Source of the DNA: Sumerlaeia bacterium
GTDB lineage: Bacteria; Sumerlaeota; Sumerlaeia; SLMS01; JAHLLQ01
Assembly: GCA_040219255.1 (NCBI GenBank)
Contig: JAVJSW010000035.1
Coordinates: forward strand, 1 to 64,000
Length of the DNA stretch: 64,000 bases
Direction: 5' to 3'
Positions 38,465 to 48,627 of the stretch are shown here, piece by piece; the stretch's first letter is position 1; the number at the start of each line of letters is the position of its first letter. The notes under the pieces are model-generated. The model was not told where the DNA came from and did no database searches. It saw only the letters and a list, made by a program, of their open reading frames with translations. The translations under genes and the position numbers were made by a program.

Positions 38465-38887
38465 TTAGCGTCCATAAACGTTGATGGTCATTTCCCGATA
38501 CACGCCCAGCACGTTGAACACGCTGTAGTCGGCATAGGAGACCTCGCTGATACCGCCGTCCTCGGCGATCGTTTTCACATCCACCGGCTGCCACGTGAAC
38601 GACAGCAGACCGTATGTGAACGGCACGTTCAGGAACCGCGCCTGACCGCTCGCGGAGCGCAAGCCGGCGACCTGTGTCTCGTTCACGTTGTAGACGAGGG
38701 GAGCTTTGGTTTCCTGGAAAAGAAATCCAGGTGGTGGAACGACCGGAGCGTGCTCCTGGAATTGGGCGAACGGCGAAGACCCGCCATACACCGCGCGGCT
38801 CGTAAACGCCGAACCGCATCCGGAAGAGAGGCACGCGATCCCGGTCAACGCGACCAGAAACGTGAAGAAACGAGCGACTTTACCCAT
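38465..38887 (-). CDS. TRL-like family lipoprotein
   Basis: Lipobox-like SSGC; GGISEV.YADY...NVLGVY......VYG. Confidence 0.78.
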   Translation of the reverse strand: MGKVARFFTFLVALTGIACLSSGCGSAFTSRAVYGGSSPFAQFQEHAPVVPPPGFLFQETKAPLVYNVNETQVAGLRSASGQARFLNVPFTYGLLSFTWQPVDVKTIAEDGGISEVSYADYSVFNVLGVYREMTINVYGR

Positions 38888-38891
38888 GGGC

Positions 38892-39218
38892 TTAGTTCCC
38901 GTAGGCGATCGTCGTGAACTTCTGATAAATGCCCAGCACGTTGAAGAATTGGTAATCCACCTGATTCACCGTGGACACGCCGCCGTTCTGCGCCGCCGTC
39001 GTCAGGCTGCAATCCCCCAGAGCCACCAGGCCCAGATAGGAAACGGACTCGGCACTACCAGAGCGCGAGGACATCTGCGTGCTCTGCGCGTCCACGTCGA
39101 TGATCGACTTCGTGTCCTGATAAATCATCCCCGGAGGAGGCATCACGGGGGCGGAATAGCAACCGGCGAGAACAAAAATAGAGGCCGCGCTGAGAGCAGC
39201 AAGGGCGATACGCTTCAT
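38892..39218 (-). CDS. TRL-like family lipoprotein
   Basis: Lipobox LAGC; LGLVALGDCS...AA..GG...V..VDY...NVLGIY....T..YG. Confidence 0.85.
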   Translation of the reverse strand: MKRIALAALSAASIFVLAGCYSAPVMPPPGMIYQDTKSIIDVDAQSTQMSSRSGSAESVSYLGLVALGDCSLTTAAQNGGVSTVNQVDYQFFNVLGIYQKFTTIAYGN

Positions 39219-39684
39219 GGGATCGAATTCTCCTGTGCGAAATACGGGATAGGAAGACGCCATGTCACCTGCGAAGTGCCTGCCGAGGCAGCCGGGCTCA
39301 CAAAGCGTCTTTCACGGCCCACTAGCCCAACGTCCTAGCGATGGGGCAAGTCTTTTCAGCCCCGCCAAAACCGCTCCGCGAACCTTGAACCGCAGAGAAA
39401 CCACCGACGGCGATCAGCCCTAGCTTCCAAGCTGGGAAACTCGGAGGGGCGAAACTTGCCACCCATGGCAACAAGCGACAATCCGAGGTTCGTTGAATTT
39501 GTTGGGTCTAAAAGGAGACTTCATGATCGCTTTGATGGTGTCTCTGTGAAGACTCTGTCGTTTTTATCCTCTCTGTTCGAAGAACCGCCGGCCCGTCTGG
39601 CTAGCCTCAGCCTTTCCTTGTGCCGCCGCGCCGCTTTCCTTTAGTGTCGTTCCATGATACCCGCTCAGAAAGCGAGTCCGTCCC

Positions 39685-40932
39685 TTGTCCGTTCGTTCCT
39701 TCCAACCCTTTGCCGCCACCGTCATGACGGCGGGTCTCCTCGGTGTCTGCCTGACCAGCGCTCCGGCCCAGGACTTCTCCCTCCAACGCGTGTTCCCCCA
39801 GTTGTCCTTTAGTCAGCCCACCGATTTGACGGAACTACCCAACGGCACGAACCGCTTGGTGGTGCTGGAGAAAACCGGCCACGCCCAATCCTTTCCCCGC
39901 ACCGCCGATCCGGCGCCGGGCGAAGTGCAGACTTTCTACGACCTGCGGGGCCAGGTTTCCACCACCAGCGAGCGCGGCCTCCTGGCTATCGCGTTCGACC
40001 CGGATTACGCGACCAACGGCGAATTCTATCTGCACTACAGTCCCTCGGTCACCAGCGGCGACACGCGCATTTCCCGCTTCACCGATAGCGATCCGAGTGA
40101 CGGCACCGCCGCGGGGGCGACAGAGGAAATCATCCTTGAGGTGGATCAGCCCTTCTCCAACCACAACGGCGGCTCGATCCATTTCGGACCCGACGGCATG
40201 CTTTACATCGCCCTAGGCGACGGCGGCAGCGGCGGCGACCCGCAGGGCAACGGCCAGAACAGCACCACGCTGCTTGGCTCGATCCTGCGCCTCGACGTGC
40301 GCGGCACGTCGGACCCGGGGCTGGCCTACGCCATTCCAGACGACAATCCCTTCGTCGGCGGAGGCCCGGCGGGCCCGGCCACGCGCGAGGAAATCTTTGC
40401 CTGGGGCCTGCGCAACCCCTTCCGCATGAGCTTCGACATGGTCACCGGCGAACTCTTCGCCGCCGACGTCGGCCAGAACTGCATCGAGGAAGTCGATCAC
40501 ATCGTCTCCGGCGCGAACTACGGCTGGAACGAGCGCGAAGGCGATCAGTGCTATCAGCCCGGCACCTGCAACCCGACGATCAGCTGCTCGACCGCTGGAT
40601 TCACAGAGCCCATCGCCACCTACGGCCGCGGCGAAGGCAGCTCGATCACCGGCGGCTACGTTTACTATGGCGACACCGCGCCGACCCTGCACAGCCACTA
40701 CCTCTACGGCGATTTCGGCAGCGGCCGGCTCTGGGCGATCCCCGTCGATGAGAACGGGGCCGCGGGTCCCGCTCAAGTCCTCATCTCCAACACCGGCCTG
40801 TCCATCGTGACCTTCGGCCAGACCCTCGATGGCGAGGTGTACATCGTTCACTTCGGCGGCGAGATCTACCGGATCGATGGTCCTCAGCCCGCCCCCGTCG
40901 AGGGATGGGTGATCTACGACGACAAGATGTAA
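39685..40932 (+). CDS. Secreted PQQ-dependent sugar dehydrogenase (GSDH) family protein
   Basis: ERGLL..AFDP.Y, NHNGG...FGPDG.LY...GDGG, GLRNPFR, DVGQ...EE, NYGW, SITGG.VY. Confidence 0.9.
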   Translation: MSVRSFQPFAATVMTAGLLGVCLTSAPAQDFSLQRVFPQLSFSQPTDLTELPNGTNRLVVLEKTGHAQSFPRTADPAPGEVQTFYDLRGQVSTTSERGLLAIAFDPDYATNGEFYLHYSPSVTSGDTRISRFTDSDPSDGTAAGATEEIILEVDQPFSNHNGGSIHFGPDGMLYIALGDGGSGGDPQGNGQNSTTLLGSILRLDVRGTSDPGLAYAIPDDNPFVGGGPAGPATREEIFAWGLRNPFRMSFDMVTGELFAADVGQNCIEEVDHIVSGANYGWNEREGDQCYQPGTCNPTISCSTAGFTEPIATYGRGEGSSITGGYVYYGDTAPTLHSHYLYGDFGSGRLWAIPVDENGAAGPAQVLISNTGLSIVTFGQTLDGEVYIVHFGGEIYRIDGPQPAPVEGWVIYDDKM

Positions 40933-40939
40933 CGCCCCA

Positions 40940-42106
40940 ATGCTCTGCCGATACTGCTTCCTGACCGCTTCGCTCCTTTTCGCCGGGATCGCTCCCGCCG
41001 GTGAGGCGGAACCCCATGGCCTGCCCCTTCCCCGCCAGGCCAACACGGGCCTGCTCATCGGGGTCCTTCCACCGGACAACCCGGACGACCCGACGACTTT
41101 TCCCATGAAGCTCAGCGATCTGCCGGCCCTTTTGGCCGCGGGATCGGGCCAGGGCCACACCGTGCCGGGCGTTGTCCCCTACGCCCCCAACTCGCCCCTG
41201 TGGTCCGACGGAGCGGAGAAGGAACGCTACCTGGCTCTCCCGGGGCTTGAAACCATCGAGTGGAAGTTGGCCGGCAGTTGGGATTTCCCCGATGGCACCG
41301 TGCTGGTGAAGAACTTTCTGCTGCCGCTCGACGAGCGCCAGCCCGCCGTGACTCTGCAACGCATCGAAACCCGGGTGATGCTGAAAATGGCGAGCCAGTG
41401 GCACGGATACTCCTACGAATGGAACGCGGACGAAACGGACGCCGATCTGGTCGGCGTCGCGGGCAAGAGCCGCTCCTTCACCCTGACTGATTCGCAGGGC
41501 CAGCCCTTCGATTATGTCTGGGATTATCCATCGCGGGGCGACTGCTTCCGGTGCCACACGCGCGTCGCGAACCGCGTGCTGGGCCTGAACACGCCGGCTA
41601 TCAATGGCGACTTCCACTATCCGGCGAGCGACGTGACCGACAATCAACTGGCGGCCATGGAGTACGTCGGCCTTTTCAGCGATCCGCTCCCCTCCGCACC
41701 GGCCGAATTGCCCGCCATGCCCGACTACCGCGATGAGACGCATCCGTCGCTGGAAGAGCGCGCGAAAGCCCTCCTCGCCGCGAACTGCGCCATGTGCCAC
41801 CAGCCCGACGGCCCGACGGCGGCGCTCATCGACTTGCGATGGGAGACGCCGCTGGACGCCATGGACCTGATCGGCGGCTACCCGATCCGGGGAAATCTGG
41901 GTCTGCCCAACCCCAGTATCGTCGATCCGGGGATGCCGGACAATTCGATCCTGCTTTTGCGCGACGAATCCCGCGACCCGGTGATCATGATGCCGCCACT
42001 GGGCACCCGGCGGGCCGACACCGCGGGCACCAGCCTGATCCGTGACTGGATTGTCAGCCTCGGCGGCACCGGAGAAATGCTGCACGGCTGGGTGCTGTAT
42101 CAGTGA
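40940..42106 (+). CDS. Diheme cytochrome c family protein
   Basis: PLWSDGA.K.R, FP.GTV.VK.F, IETR; two heme motifs CFRCH and CAMCH; MPP. Confidence 0.85.
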   Translation: MLCRYCFLTASLLFAGIAPAGEAEPHGLPLPRQANTGLLIGVLPPDNPDDPTTFPMKLSDLPALLAAGSGQGHTVPGVVPYAPNSPLWSDGAEKERYLALPGLETIEWKLAGSWDFPDGTVLVKNFLLPLDERQPAVTLQRIETRVMLKMASQWHGYSYEWNADETDADLVGVAGKSRSFTLTDSQGQPFDYVWDYPSRGDCFRCHTRVANRVLGLNTPAINGDFHYPASDVTDNQLAAMEYVGLFSDPLPSAPAELPAMPDYRDETHPSLEERAKALLAANCAMCHQPDGPTAALIDLRWETPLDAMDLIGGYPIRGNLGLPNPSIVDPGMPDNSILLLRDESRDPVIMMPPLGTRRADTAGTSLIRDWIVSLGGTGEMLHGWVLYQ

Positions 42107-42327
42107 GGAGGCGCTGGGCGAGCGCTCCAAAAAAACAAGACTTATACGGTCTGCATAAATTAACGATTTTTCAAATCACACACCCTCTTGACAGGCTACA
42201 AAGTTTGCTGTCTAGGTGAATGCTCGCTAAAAAGGCAGCCAGCTTATTCGGCGCCACGACGTTGGCTTTCGCTTCGAGCTAATTTGAAGAAATCTCGTCT
42301 GACATTGCTCAGAGAAGAGGCAGCACA

Positions 42328-44832
42328 ATGGCTATTTATCGCCGAGGGGTCATCTCCGCCGGCCCCTTTTCCTTCGTCCTTGTGAGCAGTATCGCGGTTT
42401 CCATCGCCGCGATAGACTCGCCTGTCACCGCTCAGGTTCCCGCCGGCTACTATGACTCCGCCACCGGCCTGACGGGAAGCCAACTCCGCCAAGCTCTTCA
42501 CGATATCATCGATAGTCATGTGGTGATTCCCTACAGTTCCTCGAGCTTCGATGCGCACGATGCGATCGATATTCTCGACGAAGACCCCACCAACACCAAC
42601 AATGTTTTGCTGTTGTATTCCACCGCCACCGCTCCCAAGAGCACCTGGCCGGATTACAACCGCGAGCACGTCTGGCCCCAGTCGCTTGGCGCCACCAGCG
42701 GCACGCCGGGTTACAGCGACATGCACCACCTCTACGCCGCCGACGCCAATGTGAACTCCTCGCGCGGCAACAAGTACTTCGACTGGTGCGTCAGCGGCTG
42801 CGACTTCCACGTGGAAGCGCCGGAAAGCTTCTACGACCTCGATAGCTGGGAGCCAGCAGACTATCACAAGGGCGATGTCGCCCGCGCCATCCTTTATATG
42901 GACGTCCGTTACGAAGGCGATGTGGCCGGCGAACTCGACTTGGTCGTTGGGAATTTCATGCCCACCACCGGCTGCGACTGCATGGGCTGGCTCGACACGC
43001 TCCTTGAGTGGCACGTCCTCGATCCCGTCGACGACCGCGAGCGTCTGCGCAACGATCAGATTTATTACAGCATTCAGGCGAACCGAAACCCCTTCATCGA
43101 TAATCCGCAATGGGTTTGCGAGATCTGGGGCGGCGCGGCCTGCACCGGCGATCCGACCCCGACGCCCACCCCGACTCCGACCCCCACGCCGACGCCGACG
43201 CCCGATCCAGGTACGACCGGCACACCGTGGATCAATGAACTGCACTACGACAACGACAGCACAGACACCGGCGAAGGCGTCGAAATCGCCGGTCCGGCGG
43301 GCATGGACCTCTCTGGCTGGAGCCTCGTCGCCTACAACGGCAACGGCGGCACGGCCTATGGCACCACGAACCTGAGCGGCGTTCTCCCGAACGAAAGCAA
43401 TGGCGTCGGCGCCCTCTGGTTCGCCATCGGTGGCCTGCAGAATGGCTCGCCCGATGGCGTGGCGCTCGTCGACAACAGCGGCGCCGTCGTCCAATTCCTC
43501 AGCTACGAGGGCACCCTGCAAGCCGTCGATGGCCCCGCCGCGGGAACCACATCGGTCGATATCGGCGTGGAAGAAACGACTTCCACCCCTGTTGGCAGCA
43601 GCCTGCAACTCATCGGAACCGGCGCCTCCTATGCCGAGTTCAGCTGGTCGGGCCCAAGCGCTGGCTCCCCCGGCAGCCTGAACGCCAATCAGAGCATCAC
43701 AGCCGAACCCACCCCGACGCCTACTCCTACACCCACCCCGACACCAACGCCTACTCCCACGCCAACGCCGACCCCAACGCCTACTCCTACACCCACCCCG
43801 ACGCCGACGCCTACTCCGACCCCAACCCCAACGCCAACGCCGACACCGACTCCTACGCCGACGCCCATCGCGGGTACCGCCTGGGTCAACGAACTTCACT
43901 ACGATAACGACGGCACCGACACCGGTGAAGGCGCCGAGATTGCCGGAACGGCGGGCTTGGACCTGACTGGCTGGTCGCTGGTGGCTTACAACGGTAATGG
44001 TGGAACCGTGTACGACACGGTGGCTCTGAGCGGCATCCTCCCCGATGAAGGCTATGGCTTCGGCGCTCTGTGGTTCGACATGGCGGGCTTGCAGAATGGC
44101 TCGCCAGACGGCATCGCCCTCATCGATGGTCTTGGTGGGGTGGTGCAGTTCCTCAGCTATGAGGGCACCTTCCTGGCCGCCGACGGCGCCGCCGCTGGCC
44201 TGACCTCGACCGACATCGGAGTCCAAGAAGCCTCCACCTCCCCGGTGGGCGACAGCCTCCAGCTCACCGGCACCGGCACGGCCTACGCCGAATTCACCTG
44301 GTCCGGCTCAAGCGCCGGCTCACCTGGCAGTCTGAACGCCTCGCAGTCTATCACCGGCGAACCCACCCCGACGCCGACCCCCACTCCTACTCCGACACCG
44401 ACGCCCACGCCGACACCCACTCCGACGCCGACGCCTACTCCGACCCCAACGCCGACGCCGACACCTACACCCACTCCGACGCCAACCCCGACACCGACGC
44501 CCACGCCGACTCCTTCCGCGACCACGATGAGCGTTAGTTCGCTGACGGTCGAGAAGGTGAGTCAGGGCAAGGGGGACTCGAGCGCGACCGCGCACGTAAC
44601 GGTCCTCGATAATACGGGGGCGCCGGTTGCTGGAGCCGCCGTGACGGTGACCTTTAGCAACGGCCTAAGCGAAACCCGCTCGGGTGTGACGAATGGCAGC
44701 GGCATCGCTTCCATCGCCAGCACCGGTCTGACCCGTAACCGCAATACCGTCATCGCCTGTGTCGACTCGATCACCGAGGCATCCTTGATGTATGATCCGG
44801 CTGCGAATTCCACCACCTGCGCGAGCTGGTAA
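42328..44832 (+). CDS. Secreted endonuclease I family nuclease with two repeated lamin-tail-like domains, Pro-Thr linkers and a C-terminal Ig-like domain
   Basis: [43 protein letters not shown]; duplicated WINELHYDN domain. Confidence 0.92.
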   Translation: MAIYRRGVISAGPFSFVLVSSIAVSIAAIDSPVTAQVPAGYYDSATGLTGSQLRQALHDIIDSHVVIPYSSSSFDAHDAIDILDEDPTNTNNVLLLYSTATAPKSTWPDYNREHVWPQSLGATSGTPGYSDMHHLYAADANVNSSRGNKYFDWCVSGCDFHVEAPESFYDLDSWEPADYHKGDVARAILYMDVRYEGDVAGELDLVVGNFMPTTGCDCMGWLDTLLEWHVLDPVDDRERLRNDQIYYSIQANRNPFIDNPQWVCEIWGGAACTGDPTPTPTPTPTPTPTPTPDPGTTGTPWINELHYDNDSTDTGEGVEIAGPAGMDLSGWSLVAYNGNGGTAYGTTNLSGVLPNESNGVGALWFAIGGLQNGSPDGVALVDNSGAVVQFLSYEGTLQAVDGPAAGTTSVDIGVEETTSTPVGSSLQLIGTGASYAEFSWSGPSAGSPGSLNANQSITAEPTPTPTPTPTPTPTPTPTPTPTPTPTPTPTPTPTPTPTPTPTPTPTPTPTPTPIAGTAWVNELHYDNDGTDTGEGAEIAGTAGLDLTGWSLVAYNGNGGTVYDTVALSGILPDEGYGFGALWFDMAGLQNGSPDGIALIDGLGGVVQFLSYEGTFLAADGAAAGLTSTDIGVQEASTSPVGDSLQLTGTGTAYAEFTWSGSSAGSPGSLNASQSITGEPTPTPTPTPTPTPTPTPTPTPTPTPTPTPTPTPTPTPTPTPTPTPTPTPTPSATTMSVSSLTVEKVSQGKGDSSATAHVTVLDNTGAPVAGAAVTVTFSNGLSETRSGVTNGSGIASIASTGLTRNRNTVIACVDSITEASLMYDPAANSTTCASW
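43708..43866 (+). repeat. (Pro-Thr)n coding repeat; similar tracts at 43153-43203 and 44362-44514
   Basis: CCN-ACN hexamer repeats with variable third codon positions. Confidence 0.95.
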
Positions 44833-44886
44833 TCCCAGTCCTCAATCCTTGTGAAGCACTGCACGGCTTGAGCTGACGCCATCTTC

Positions 44887-44930
44887 AAAGAGAAGCCCCC
44901 TCGGTCCGGGACCGAGGGGGCTTCTTTGTT
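44887..44930. terminator. Bidirectional intrinsic terminator
   Basis: 16-bp stem AGAAGCCCCCTCGGTC/GACCGAGGGGGCTTCT between convergent genes. Confidence 0.85.
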
Positions 44931-44954
44931 CAGGCAGGTTGTTAGGGATGGAGA

Positions 44955-45668
44955 CTAATTCACCGCCACCGGCGAGCCGATTTCGTAGAGCAGGTGGGTG
45001 ATTTCGGCCTTGGCGTCCATGAAGTCCGCGACGGCTTGCGCCTCGCTTTCGCTCAGCTCGAACCCGTTGAGCATGCAGGGCGATGCCATTTGGGTTTCCA
45101 CCAGATTGAAACCGGTCTTGGAGCTGACGCGGGCCACGGTGGACTCGAGGGTTTGCAGCGTGTATTGAGCCTGGCGAATGGTTTCAAGGCGATCGAGCAC
45201 GGCACTGGCGTCTTCGCGGTCGCGTTCGGTGCGGGCGATCTGGAGGACCCGCTGGGCCGTATCCCGGGCGTCGTCATACTGCTTGGCATAAACCTGGGCG
45301 CGCATGACGCGGCGCTGAAGGCTCGGGTCTTCAAGCAGTTGAGGGAACTCCGTTTCCAGCCGCTCATAACGGCCGAGACCGCTGAGGTAATCGCCGTCGA
45401 CGAAGGAGGAGGTGATCCGCGAGGCGTGGAAGGTGGTGAGGCGCTTGTTGGCGCGCTCGAGGTGTTCCTGTGCCTGACGGAGGGCTTCCGGGGAGAAGTC
45501 CGTGGGGCGCGAGACGATCTCTTGCGACTGGTCGCGGACTTCGCCGAATCGCCCTTCCTTTTCCGCGTCCGCCAGGGACTTGAGCTGCTGCTGCTCGGCG
45601 CTCGAGCAGCCGAGGGTGGCGGCGGCCAGGAGAGCGGTGCAGAGCAGGGCGGAGAGTTTGCGTTTCAT
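44955..45668 (-). CDS. Hypothetical helical (TPR-like) lipoprotein
   Basis: Lipobox TLGC; helical repeats; last gene of the minor-pilin operon. Confidence 0.72.
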   Translation of the reverse strand: MKRKLSALLCTALLAAATLGCSSAEQQQLKSLADAEKEGRFGEVRDQSQEIVSRPTDFSPEALRQAQEHLERANKRLTTFHASRITSSFVDGDYLSGLGRYERLETEFPQLLEDPSLQRRVMRAQVYAKQYDDARDTAQRVLQIARTERDREDASAVLDRLETIRQAQYTLQTLESTVARVSSKTGFNLVETQMASPCMLNGFELSESEAQAVADFMDAKAEITHLLYEIGSPVAVN

Positions 45669-45707
45669 GGTTGCGGGTCCTTTTCTCGTCGAGGTTGGCG
45701 GTGGGGC

Positions 45708-48542
45708 TTATTGATAGCCGTCGACGTACTCGCGGAATTTTTCGGTCAGGGTGAAGGGGACGAAGTTGTCGCGGGTGCCGGAGGAACTGACGTTGCCATC
45801 TTCGTCGTAGCGGTCCGGCAGGCCGAGGAACACGACCTGGGTGCTGCCGGTCTGGCTCAGCGGGAAGTTGAGCGGATTGGGCCGGTCTTCCAGGCGCTTG
45901 TCGTAGTACAGCGAGCCCACGTCGTTGAGGTACTTCTTATCGCGGGTGCCGTTCTTGCCACTCTTGGCGGAAAGAATCTGAATGTCGCGGGCGATAACGG
46001 TGCCGTAGAACTGCAGGAAGTTGTTCCCTTTGCCGTCCACCAGGTTGCCGCCCACGATGCCGTTGTCGGCATAGAGCACGCCCTGCAAGACCTTGATCCA
46101 GTCGACGTCGTCGAGGCTGTCTTTGTCACCCACGGTGCCAGTGTAGGTCTTGCCCGAGATGGAGACTTTGGGCTTCTGGGTGAAGAAGAAGAGGTCTTCG
46201 CTGTCGAACCAGCCGCCGCTATGTTCGCCATAGGTCTTGTCCTTGGGAAGCTCGGAAATCAGATTCGAACCCAAAGGCAGCAGACCCGGGGTGGAGATGT
46301 ACCAGTACTTGTAGATCGAGTTCTTATCATCTTTGGTGCCCGGATGGGAATCGCCGTTGAAGTTCAGGTGCTTGCGGGTGGGGTCGAAGAGGGGATTGCT
46401 GTCGCTCGTGTCCAGACCCTCGCCGAAGGTCATCTTGTAGTTCTGGGTGACGACCGGTGTCTTCAGGTTGCCCTCGTTGTAGTAGTGCCAGTTGCCATCG
46501 ATCCAGGTGCCGCCCTCCGCGCCGTCCATCAGGTAGGCGGGATTGAGCATGTGGTTGAACTTGTTGTTGATGCCGTCGCGGCCGGCGTATCGGCCCCAGC
46601 TCTGGTCGAGGCCCGGATCGTTGATGTTCACCATGTTACCGAACACGAAGCCCATCAGACCCTTGGTGTAGCCGCCCCCTTTGTCGTAATAGTGGAGGTA
46701 GTTTCCGATGACGATGTTGCCGCCGGCCACCAGGCCGAGTTGGTCCGTGCCGTCCATTTGCGGATTGTCCCAGTCTCCCGCGGCCACCCGCTCCTGGTGA
46801 TCCATGTAGATCAAGTCGTTGGGCACGAAGATGTTGCGGTGGGTGATGATGCTGCCATGGCCATCGACGTAGCCCTTGACGAGCGCGTCGCCGCGGATGA
46901 CCACCTGCTCGTTGGCGACGATGGGGTTTTTCTTGCTGCCCACGATCATCAGGTTGCGGTCCGGGGCGTAGACCGGATTGCCGTTGGAATCGAGACTGTT
47001 ATCCGGATAGACGCCTCGGATTGTGCCCGAAGGATCGCCCGAGGTGCTGACAAAGTTGTTGTCGATCAGGTCGTCGAGGCTGGGGGCGATGCCCGACAAT
47101 TCGGCGTCCCAATAGTAGTTGCCATTGCTTTCGCGATAGACGGCCGGCAGTTCGCCCTCTTCCGTCACCATGTTGCCGGAATCGTCTTCCTCGTGGTCGC
47201 TCTCCGGCATCCCGTCGCCGTCGATATCCGCGTCCAGTGCGTTCGGAACGCCGTCGCCGTCGAGGTCGTCGTTGGGATGGAGGCCCGAATTGAGCGGGAT
47301 GGCCTTGTTGCGATCGTAAATGCGATCGATGGAGCGCCCGACCGGATCGCCGGCGGCGTCGCCGTAGGTGATCCAAGTCGAGGGATTGGCCGGGTCGGGT
47401 TTGTAGGTGATGGCGAGGTTGTTGTCGCGCGGCTTGACTTCCAGCAGCGACTCGCCGCTCGCCGCCATCGCCATGGCGCGCGGTTCGAACCAGTCGAGCA
47501 GGTTCTTCTTCACGCTCGGCCAAAGCTGCGGCAGGTCGTCCCGGTTGCTTTCGATGTCCTTGAAGGGATTGCTGCTGGCGAAGGGGCCCTTGTCGGACTC
47601 CCACTGATTCTTCAGGGCCGCCGCGTTGGCGGAGTAGACGAAGTTGTCCTGGCCGGGGTTCTTCAGCATGCCTTCCTGATACTTCTTGTGCGTCGCCCCA
47701 TTCAGAGAAACGCGGTCGAAGTTGCCGTTCAGATAGAGATTGCCGTCCTGGTACGATTGGCCGCCCCCGATGCCGTTGTCCCAGGAGAACTCGACTTCGA
47801 ACCGATCGTCCGCGCGGACCTGGCCCAGGTCGCCGTACATGTGCAGGTGGCAGATCGAGCAGTCCGACAACTGATAACCGAGCAGCAGGAAGTTGAAAAT
47901 GTTGGTGGATTGGAGACCGTGCCGCATCGTCATCGAAACGACCGCCTGATCGGGATCGTCATCGGTGCCGGCCACCGCCGTCATGGTGATGCTGTAGCCG
48001 ATTTCCTGCTCCAGTCCCTGATCCACGCCGAAGCTGCCATCGATGGCGCTGTGAGTGATCGTGGACTGGGTCACATAGGTGCGCACGTTGCCGTTGAGGG
48101 GCTGGAGGGACGGATCGTCCGTATCCCAATCCGTGATTCCCGGAAGGTCCAGGCTGGAGTCATTCATCCAGTCCCAGCGGACATCCTCCGAATCCCAATC
48201 GATGTCGGACTCCGCCTTCGTGCCGTCGATCCGCTCGGCGCCCAGGATGTCGGCGACGTATTCGTAATTGTCCTCCAGCGTGCTGAAGGACGACTGGTTG
48301 AAGTTCACGGAAGTGAGTTGGCAGAGCACATCGCTCTTGGCCCGTTCCAGGGCCCCTTCCGCCAGGTAGTGGGCTTGCAGGCGGCGCAAGTTGCGATGCA
48401 CCTGGTGCGTGTCGTTTCGAAGCCCCAGAAGGGACGCGATGATCACGATGCTGAGAATGACCGAGATACCCATCGCGACAAGGAGCGTCGAGCCGCGCTT
48501 TGTTTTCGTGAGACGGATGAGAAGCTTTCGGGATGCTTTCAT
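45708..48542 (-). CDS. Large PilX-like minor pilin/adhesin
   Basis: RG|STLLVAM class III signal without Glu5; A.YLAEGALE (PilX-N pattern); D.DGDG Ca-binding-like repeats; CSICH. Confidence 0.78.
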   Translation of the reverse strand: MKASRKLLIRLTKTKRGSTLLVAMGISVILSIVIIASLLGLRNDTHQVHRNLRRLQAHYLAEGALERAKSDVLCQLTSVNFNQSSFSTLEDNYEYVADILGAERIDGTKAESDIDWDSEDVRWDWMNDSSLDLPGITDWDTDDPSLQPLNGNVRTYVTQSTITHSAIDGSFGVDQGLEQEIGYSITMTAVAGTDDDPDQAVVSMTMRHGLQSTNIFNFLLLGYQLSDCSICHLHMYGDLGQVRADDRFEVEFSWDNGIGGGQSYQDGNLYLNGNFDRVSLNGATHKKYQEGMLKNPGQDNFVYSANAAALKNQWESDKGPFASSNPFKDIESNRDDLPQLWPSVKKNLLDWFEPRAMAMAASGESLLEVKPRDNNLAITYKPDPANPSTWITYGDAAGDPVGRSIDRIYDRNKAIPLNSGLHPNDDLDGDGVPNALDADIDGDGMPESDHEEDDSGNMVTEEGELPAVYRESNGNYYWDAELSGIAPSLDDLIDNNFVSTSGDPSGTIRGVYPDNSLDSNGNPVYAPDRNLMIVGSKKNPIVANEQVVIRGDALVKGYVDGHGSIITHRNIFVPNDLIYMDHQERVAAGDWDNPQMDGTDQLGLVAGGNIVIGNYLHYYDKGGGYTKGLMGFVFGNMVNINDPGLDQSWGRYAGRDGINNKFNHMLNPAYLMDGAEGGTWIDGNWHYYNEGNLKTPVVTQNYKMTFGEGLDTSDSNPLFDPTRKHLNFNGDSHPGTKDDKNSIYKYWYISTPGLLPLGSNLISELPKDKTYGEHSGGWFDSEDLFFFTQKPKVSISGKTYTGTVGDKDSLDDVDWIKVLQGVLYADNGIVGGNLVDGKGNNFLQFYGTVIARDIQILSAKSGKNGTRDKKYLNDVGSLYYDKRLEDRPNPLNFPLSQTGSTQVVFLGLPDRYDEDGNVSSSGTRDNFVPFTLTEKFREYVDGYQ

Positions 48543-48627
48543 GGCGGGAGAACCTTCCCAGTGATTTCTTGTGTGAGGGCGGAAGAGGGTTCGGGGTGGA
48601 AAGGAAGGGCGTCTTGCCGTTCGGAGA

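Noticed and set aside
43153-44514. Long periodic tracts resembling a repeat array or CRISPR
   Set aside because: They are in-frame (Pro-Thr)n linkers with synonymous variation and no spacers.
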